Origin: a virus
Taxonomy: Duplodnaviria > Caudoviricetes
IMG/VR virus record: IMGVR_UViG_3300025137_000180
Span: 1-29,842 of that record
Strand: one strand, 5' to 3'
Length of the DNA: 29,842 nt
Shown: positions 25,601 to 29,842 of the stretch, one piece after another
Numbering within the stretch: the first letter of the stretch is position 1
How the letters are laid out: every line of letters begins with the position of its first letter
Notes under the pieces: generated by a model
Seen by the model: only the letters and a program-made list of their open reading frames with translations
Told to the model about the DNA's origin: nothing
Database searches by the model: none
Made by a program: the position numbers and the translations under genes

Positions 25601-28600
25601 AGCATTCGATAGACTGAGAAGTGAAGACGGAAAGGTTGCTGCTACGGAGCGGTTTAATTTAGCTAAGAAAGCTATCGCCAGACACACCGAGTTAGCCACT
25701 ACCGGAAGGACGACCAACCAACAGATGGCGTTCTTGCAGTCCAACCCATCCTTGATTCCAACCTTCGTCACTTACATGAAGGCATTCCTCAGTAAGCTGA
25801 CTTACCACAGGACATTGGATGATGTTTCTCCTGAGATGCGTAAGGCAGTCAACAACACGGTCAGGGAGATCAGGGGTTTGTCACTTAACTACAAGCCATC
25901 TCCTAGCATTATGCACCACAATCCTCGCGACCCGTATGCGGTCATCGAGAAACTTATGGAGCAAGCCGTCGATGTTAATATGCTAGAGCCTACTGCTAAG
26001 ACAGATACGGCTAGTTTACGAAATCGTTTAACAGAGCAGCAAGATTCAGACGCTGGTGTTTCGGGATCACAAGCTACTCAACCAGCGGAACAACCGACTC
26101 CACAACCCGCTACTGGATCTCAGTTTAGTCAAGATTCAAAGTTGCCTAACTTCCTCGATGAAGTTCAGATGCAGGAAAAATCAATTGGTAACTGGCTAGA
26201 GATTCTTGATGTTCCCCTCTTAGAGTTCAGCAAGGACTACGAGTTTACAAATAAGAATAAGGTAATGAAGTTACTCTACAAAACTTTTGTTCGCTCCGCC
26301 GACAAGAGAGTTGTAAACTTCTACGACCAGAACAAAGCGTTTGTTCGCGAGACTAAAGGTCTTGTTGATAATCTCCAACAGAAACACAACAGGATCTTAA
26401 AAGAAGAAAACGAACGATTAAGTGCTATAACAGGAGAAGCGGATAACATTCCCGCCGAGTTAATCGCGAGAGCTTCGGGAACTACTGAAGGATCACAGCT
26501 AACAAGGAAGCAAGAGGATCTTGTTCAAGCATCTTACGAGCAGGACATCGCCAAAGCTAATGCGCTCCCCTCGGCTGATGAAAAGAATGCCGCTATTGAT
26601 ATAGCCGAAGCTTCTAAGAAGCAGATGACAATGGACTTCCGTGAAAGTAATCGGGAGAAGCAGTTCGCTCAGAGGGATAAAGCAATGGATGATCTGTTAA
26701 AGATCTCTCCTGATATGTATAACCTCGTTATTGAGATGCGTCAGCTTCAAGACCAGCTTTCAAAGAAAGCAATCGAAGTCTTTGGACCTACCATGAATCC
26801 CGAAGATTTGAACATGGCTTTTGATTTCAATCGGGGTCTGTATTTAACACGGTCTTACCGTATGTTTGAAGACCGTAACTTCTCTAAGCAAGTTAAAGAG
26901 TCTGATCAATATGCCGAAGTTCGCGAGCGAGCAGTCGCTTACTTTATGAAACAACTGCAGAAGGCGGAGGTTCAGAAGATAATGGAAGAGACGGGTAAAA
27001 CCAAAGCTCAAGCGACCTTAAAGGTGCAAGCCGAGACCACTGCCCATAACTCAAAGATGCAATCAAAAGCAACAGCTATGATGAATGATTTCATCGATGG
27101 CTATTCTCAAGGGCAAGCGAGGAAGAAGTTCCTAACTTCCCAACGAGAGATGGGGCAACAGGATTTAGTGCTACAGGGTGCAGGGTTCAAGGACGGAGAT
27201 CCACTTCAAAAGATTGTTGAGACGATCAACGAAAAGAAGGAGATCCCCCAAGAAATCCGAGAACTTCTTGGGGAGTTCCAAGAAGATACAGGGATTTATA
27301 ATCTCAGCTACTCGTTGAATCACACGGCGAGTATGATTTCTAATCAGGCATTCTTTAATAAACTTAAAGCATTAGGGACGGGCGTTGATCCAGAAACTGG
27401 CAAGGTTGAGGGAACTCCTTGGATGGTTACTCAAAAAGAATACTTAGAAAACAGAGATAAGTATCCAAACTGGGAACCAGTCCTAGTCGAAGGGACTAGT
27501 GATCTTAATCCATTAGCGGATATGTATGTCCCCAAAGAAGTAGTGTCTAATTTAAACACTTTATTTGGGGGTAAGGAATCCGACATAACCGACCCACTCA
27601 ACGAGATGGCGGAAGTGCAGGGCCTGATAATGAGAACAGTTAAAAAGATGGTTGGGCTTTCCCTAGTTTCTAAGACTCTAGGCTCCCCTGCTTTTTACAT
27701 CCGAAACGTCCTCGGCAATATGTTGTTCTTTGGTCCAATGCAGGGCTACCCATCGCACAGAGTGTTTACAGATTTTGTTAAAGATGCTAGTGGTCTTTAT
27801 ACCAAGAACCCCGACTCGGTATTCTACCAAGTAATAGGGAATGAATTGAGCTTTGAATTGATGGAGCTTAGAAGCAGAAATGTTTACGGTGATGAGCTTG
27901 AAGTATCACAGATCCAAGAGCTTCTCACAGGAGAAACAAGCTACGATAGTTTACAAAAAGATGTAGAAAAGGCAGCGGTAGCAGCCAACTTCCTCCAAGA
28001 AGCTAAGAAGAAGAGTGGAGCTGTTAAAATCCCTGACGAACACCTCGAAATACTCGCGAAGGCTGGAGTCAACGTAAGCAAGGTGGGTACGTTACCCGTC
28101 AAAGCTGTCAAAGCTGCCACCAACGCGCTAATAAAGAAAGGTGGATTGCTTGCATCCGCCTGTGACGGGTTCTTCAAGATTGGTCTCTATGATTTTGAGA
28201 TGCAGACATTGATCGAAGCTGCTCAACACGACATTGAAAATGGAAAACCGAATGGTGAGTATGGTAGACTCCTCGATGATGAAGGGAATCCAAACAATAC
28301 CATGAAGGATTTGGCTGCTGAGATCGTGAAAGACACGGCTCAATCTTACAGCCGAGCCTTGCCTGTTATCAAATCGTTTACGTCTAGCAACATATCAATT
28401 GCCCTCGCTCCTTATGTTAGGTTCGCGGCTGATGTCCCTAGAGTTTATCTCAACGGACTTAAAAGGTCATGGAAGGAAGCAAAAAGCGACAACCCCGCAA
28501 TCAAAGCTAGGGGGAGGAAGCGTTTCTTCGGAGCCACAAGAACAACGGCTGCTTCCCTTGCACTAGGTAAAGGAACTCAAATGCTCTTATGGGGTATGGA

Positions 28601-29519
28601 CGATGAAGACGAGGACAAAGCATTCCGTGCTATGGTTCCGAAGTGGATGAGAAACGCGAGTATCTTTTTATACAAGGACTCGGATGGGGATACATGGTCC
28701 GTCGATATGACTTACCTCAACCCATTTGCTATCGTTCAAGATCCAGCAATCAGGGCTGTTGAATCCTTGATACGGGGTGAAGGAATCGGGACGGCTTCCA
28801 AGAAATTTATTGGTCAGTTTTTGAGACCATATGTCAGCGAGCAAATCCTGACAGGTGCAATACTCGACGCTATTGAAAACGAAGATCAATATGGAAGACC
28901 AATAAGACTCAAGGGCGATGACGACAAATTTATGAGAAGCATGAAGTATATCGGGGAGAAAGCGTTCTCTCCTCGCTCCCTCATGTCGGCTGATGCGGCA
29001 TACGATTCTTTCCTTTCCCAAGAAAAGACGGCTTCGTTCTTCGACTCGGCAGTTGGTCACCTCTTGAAATCGGTGCTGCCATTCCGACCACACCAACAAG
29101 ATTACACAGCAGGGGTTGGGCGTTATCTATATAACCACACAAGTGACTATCGAGACAACGATCAAGCGTTCAGATCAAAGATGACACAACTACAGGTTCT
29201 TCCTGCTAGTGAAGTCAGAGAAGCTTACGATAGGTGGGTGAGAACTAGGCGGTATCTTAACAATGATTTCAAACAAACTACCCGAGGCTTTGAAAAGCTG
29301 GGTGTGTCGCGTAAAGATATCGAACGGCTGGCAAGGTCTAGGTCGGTTAGTAAAGAACGATTGAAGCAGAATCGATTAGGCTACATGGTGAGACCTACCC
29401 CAACACAACCGTTGAAAGACCAACTAAACGAAACCCAAAATGGGGTAGGAAGACTCAAGAATCTTGAGGCATACTACCCACAAAAATATCCAGACGAACT
29501 TATTAACATAGAGAAATGA
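19629..29519 (+). CDS. Giant internal virion / large polyvalent protein with zincin (HExxH) domain, 3296 aa
   Basis: Uninterrupted 9.9-kb ORF. Gly/Ala-rich hydrophobic segments (GLGMSVTQGFSTLYYGVGALFG, IITLAAGLLAIP, GAMIGGLMGG); YAGVYY...TLIHEYLH...NIDEF metallopeptidase motif; C-terminal helical region (SPAFYIRNVLGN, LAAEIVKDT..SY, VPKWMR, DMTYLNPF) like those of phage large polyvalent/ejection proteins. Confidence 0.7.
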   Translation: MSDPSEPKTTAPFSPTPYSVWATENPFENELEGRTKHLDDLRLEYIAAGKYNEDTEKKFQEGFENVLIKKGILTQSNYQEAQEAIIQYSEVLPSNQKDVQFVRDNMGVGMEAMDFEEGEEEKILRYAKALETGQELPEDLDAKEVHEIARQKRQNYITDLYEKGELSAGVYFNKSGQRVFLGGKMDESLSEAEILREGSKFGVVPRDVFSFRESREVQKDKNGLLTYQVDIRERVQAQVEEFVDLKEDFTDLKDEKVRARFEALATALGKDKSWGWADKGWDSTGEVFVSMGSNIRESWNWATGDDEDKKYSEDYQRFENLREEFEDEVEQTRRDLIEDLARKTGASVDILEDVVDDMVVEIAGHGSKTLDSTLIYEEDDDDLSQNVVRRKYRGTFIQPALMLNEEKFRRSLKQNDFSDEEVEIENAKRLASNELLANSRSDILRKEYDEQFATAELEGKQNGLTQAEIVEKFVDDEDPNLGLQGLGMSVTQGFSTLYYGVGALFGAEYGKEGIIQNAKDQAQLQQMRQIFGQDHGFFAQASEQIAPMGIDAIITLAAGLLAIPSAGTTVAAAGGYFALKQGATATAKALIKNTFNTALKAQVRDVGGRTIKESTGAALRRLQASGSFKGLSNRQMITAYKGYNSKLAKTLGITTPQFGVAALRSGSMTYGAVHQAVADDYTQRYQVNGEWVDGWSEERVKEVAHDTAWGSMISAGTTTGLITAIAGKLGGGKYGGLESAVLTGVSLKTIKKQTDRMVGRVSSDKSFLKYMEDAVSSTFKEAGVGIGGQILRGAAGEAGEEFIDEFANSIIQSAWARQDFSLEETFFQAVQGAMIGGLMGGASPAISAAAREFGGDRVTDLNRMADIEAKVEADFRQRLEDNNELKRFEDLEKTAPQTNAEFIKRTKAKYAEDQAAKKAEESAEKPEGDDSAEQTEEEIAEEAKNIKDAAEANVTQDDQQRIINEENKKKNAKGNASPIVTTSDAISDVTGTDTNPDAANADVTGGNPDVKPAPTPQQKFELAIKDIEARERRYIEAMEVLEELPEALQAERLKEIEALVDAEKLVSPETASGLIERANKAREKAIADEAKPAKVTKKDLDKLEAIIEQGFPVADIGTNLEQLGLDLERTDAKYLLAVEKVIKEKIAERYPTINPKRTDGGARLPNTLVPSGTVVIDKYGNGVFNNDPAGMVTLLRNNVAIPLTEDQANNPNTNKSFVIEKQGDQYFVTDIMVPVKGGLISAKTPINKIGVHEPDYGPVKTKIRRLTTLKNSIDLDAIKDVKVVSPFRAATGKKPVSATVPELLKDAKNLPALKQLIAATGVNLDKDYVDAAAITMSLDLQEQIYNAAKKSSELRDTRVEATPTGEVIVVREDKGFYDLDLKAFATKNAKFFSKVQAERKSQAIRDVASLLEPDTDITKRPDLHDTEKQADRGFNGPRVQTIEPLDVKKISKYTASKIDDVATAIKLDERLRRDVKELLNNEYHGGKKVTNDYSSEQVAVELVHFLASKGGTNKPAAILEQKLSSRNLAVINPEYKLGQDMKDALTLLGVTSPTMQGALDTDINLYKLIEAELQQLVGKDTLLSYGDVKAFYTQVREAAHVHRKRAVNDGRTRKQKRRKNLREIAELGLLDDDPESVIDALEEIAESGHKPLKLLAKTLLKNKDLIRSVRFLIEGSPSSYAGVYYVDGLGKRTVIVNVDRTGKRGVADTLIHEYLHVFTADIFRTPPESRTEAQNEAVANLEEILRIAKPFAEKSGKGNLTYGTSNIDEFLTHILTDPEFQSFLNRVIPEKGKSNLFQKAIRALAKLLGIRTRELKLALQDALDLTKRAYTPQPETKAAFASQAADSIHKSQADLHQMAKDMDMANDAAVNEKLEQRAEEIVEFAGAYIPSELNVVVDNASPEIATVDSATGALILNPKRAALYLANQGVSGLDAQRRKHAIGIILNKAVGQAAADTMISDTQYVEITQAMTQSELEAEIKEAYPLDEQQEAFDRLRSEDGKVAATERFNLAKKAIARHTELATTGRTTNQQMAFLQSNPSLIPTFVTYMKAFLSKLTYHRTLDDVSPEMRKAVNNTVREIRGLSLNYKPSPSIMHHNPRDPYAVIEKLMEQAVDVNMLEPTAKTDTASLRNRLTEQQDSDAGVSGSQATQPAEQPTPQPATGSQFSQDSKLPNFLDEVQMQEKSIGNWLEILDVPLLEFSKDYEFTNKNKVMKLLYKTFVRSADKRVVNFYDQNKAFVRETKGLVDNLQQKHNRILKEENERLSAITGEADNIPAELIARASGTTEGSQLTRKQEDLVQASYEQDIAKANALPSADEKNAAIDIAEASKKQMTMDFRESNREKQFAQRDKAMDDLLKISPDMYNLVIEMRQLQDQLSKKAIEVFGPTMNPEDLNMAFDFNRGLYLTRSYRMFEDRNFSKQVKESDQYAEVRERAVAYFMKQLQKAEVQKIMEETGKTKAQATLKVQAETTAHNSKMQSKATAMMNDFIDGYSQGQARKKFLTSQREMGQQDLVLQGAGFKDGDPLQKIVETINEKKEIPQEIRELLGEFQEDTGIYNLSYSLNHTASMISNQAFFNKLKALGTGVDPETGKVEGTPWMVTQKEYLENRDKYPNWEPVLVEGTSDLNPLADMYVPKEVVSNLNTLFGGKESDITDPLNEMAEVQGLIMRTVKKMVGLSLVSKTLGSPAFYIRNVLGNMLFFGPMQGYPSHRVFTDFVKDASGLYTKNPDSVFYQVIGNELSFELMELRSRNVYGDELEVSQIQELLTGETSYDSLQKDVEKAAVAANFLQEAKKKSGAVKIPDEHLEILAKAGVNVSKVGTLPVKAVKAATNALIKKGGLLASACDGFFKIGLYDFEMQTLIEAAQHDIENGKPNGEYGRLLDDEGNPNNTMKDLAAEIVKDTAQSYSRALPVIKSFTSSNISIALAPYVRFAADVPRVYLNGLKRSWKEAKSDNPAIKARGRKRFFGATRTTAASLALGKGTQMLLWGMDDEDEDKAFRAMVPKWMRNASIFLYKDSDGDTWSVDMTYLNPFAIVQDPAIRAVESLIRGEGIGTASKKFIGQFLRPYVSEQILTGAILDAIENEDQYGRPIRLKGDDDKFMRSMKYIGEKAFSPRSLMSADAAYDSFLSQEKTASFFDSAVGHLLKSVLPFRPHQQDYTAGVGRYLYNHTSDYRDNDQAFRSKMTQLQVLPASEVREAYDRWVRTRRYLNNDFKQTTRGFEKLGVSRKDIERLARSRSVSKERLKQNRLGYMVRPTPTQPLKDQLNETQNGVGRLKNLEAYYPQKYPDELINIEK

Positions 29520-29737
29520 ACAAGAAAGAATTCAAACCTCACACGATGTATAACCCCAAGACGGGGGAGGGAACTAAAGCATCTACCTACGAACAACACC
29601 TAAAACTAAAGAAGATGGGATACGGACACGACAAACCAAAAGCAAAAAAGAAATCAGCTAAAAAGAAAACAGCTAAGAAGAAGAGTAAAGCCTCCTTCAC
29701 TGAAGCTGTGAACAAGCGGATGGGCGGGGGATACTAA
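29516..29737 (+). CDS. Small Lys-rich basic protein, 73 aa
   Basis: ATGA-coupled to the giant gene; FKPHTMYNPKTG...HLKLKKMGYGH head followed by an AKKK-repeat tail. Confidence 0.7.
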   Translation: MNKKEFKPHTMYNPKTGEGTKASTYEQHLKLKKMGYGHDKPKAKKKSAKKKTAKKKSKASFTEAVNKRMGGGY

Positions 29738-29841
29738 ACCCCCAAAGCGTCCTGCTCTTTTTTGGCTCGCTCTATTTTATTTTTAGAGGAGGGGTATTGT
29801 TCAGCGAGGGGTCTATCTTGACCTTCCCACTCACCCCCTTT
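29734..29841 (-). CDS. C-terminal end of a convergent gene (5' truncated by window edge)
   Basis: Minus frame is open from the window edge: KGGEWEGQDRPLAEQYPSSKNKIERAKKEQDALGV*. Its TAG overlaps the TAA of the Lys-rich gene. Confidence 0.45.
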   Translation of the reverse strand, partial: KGGEWEGQDRPLAEQYPSSKNKIERAKKEQDALGV

Positions 29842-29842
29842 T

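Noticed and set aside
1-29842. Alternative genetic code or stop-codon reassignment
   Set aside because: The standard code gives full-length, densely packed genes, and TAA, TAG and TGA all serve as stops at coupled gene junctions.

Overview
This is a 29.8-kb piece of a tailed dsDNA bacteriophage genome in the standard genetic code, probably podovirus-like given the apparent ejection-protein cassette. Three blocks are visible. (1) A + strand tail and lysis block (1-7966): the end of a tail fibre, tail-associated genes, a 761-aa Thr/Val-rich protein, a probable head-tail adaptor, two small membrane proteins missed by the ORF track, an overlapping spanin-like pair, an Amidase_3 endolysin, a small zincin-like protein and a PD-(D/E)xK-like nuclease. 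(2) A - strand replication block (7941-15710): primase-helicase, family A DNA polymerase (Leu762 type), putative SSB, DUF2800/Cas4-like exonuclease, RuvC-like resolvase and an HTH/TerS-like gene. (3) A + strand block (15740-29737): terminase large subunit, two probable internal virion proteins and a 3296-aa polyvalent/ejection protein. The most striking observations are: a mirror-symmetric 'out-and-back' repeat architecture in the 761-aa protein, with matching duplications in both arms; interlocked divergent promoters between the terS-like gene and terL; a recurring leaderless sigma70-type promoter; a candidate pseudoknotted RNA upstream of polA; and an intact plus an apparently inactivated zincin motif in the giant protein. 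All family assignments come from reading motifs by eye; no database searches were run.
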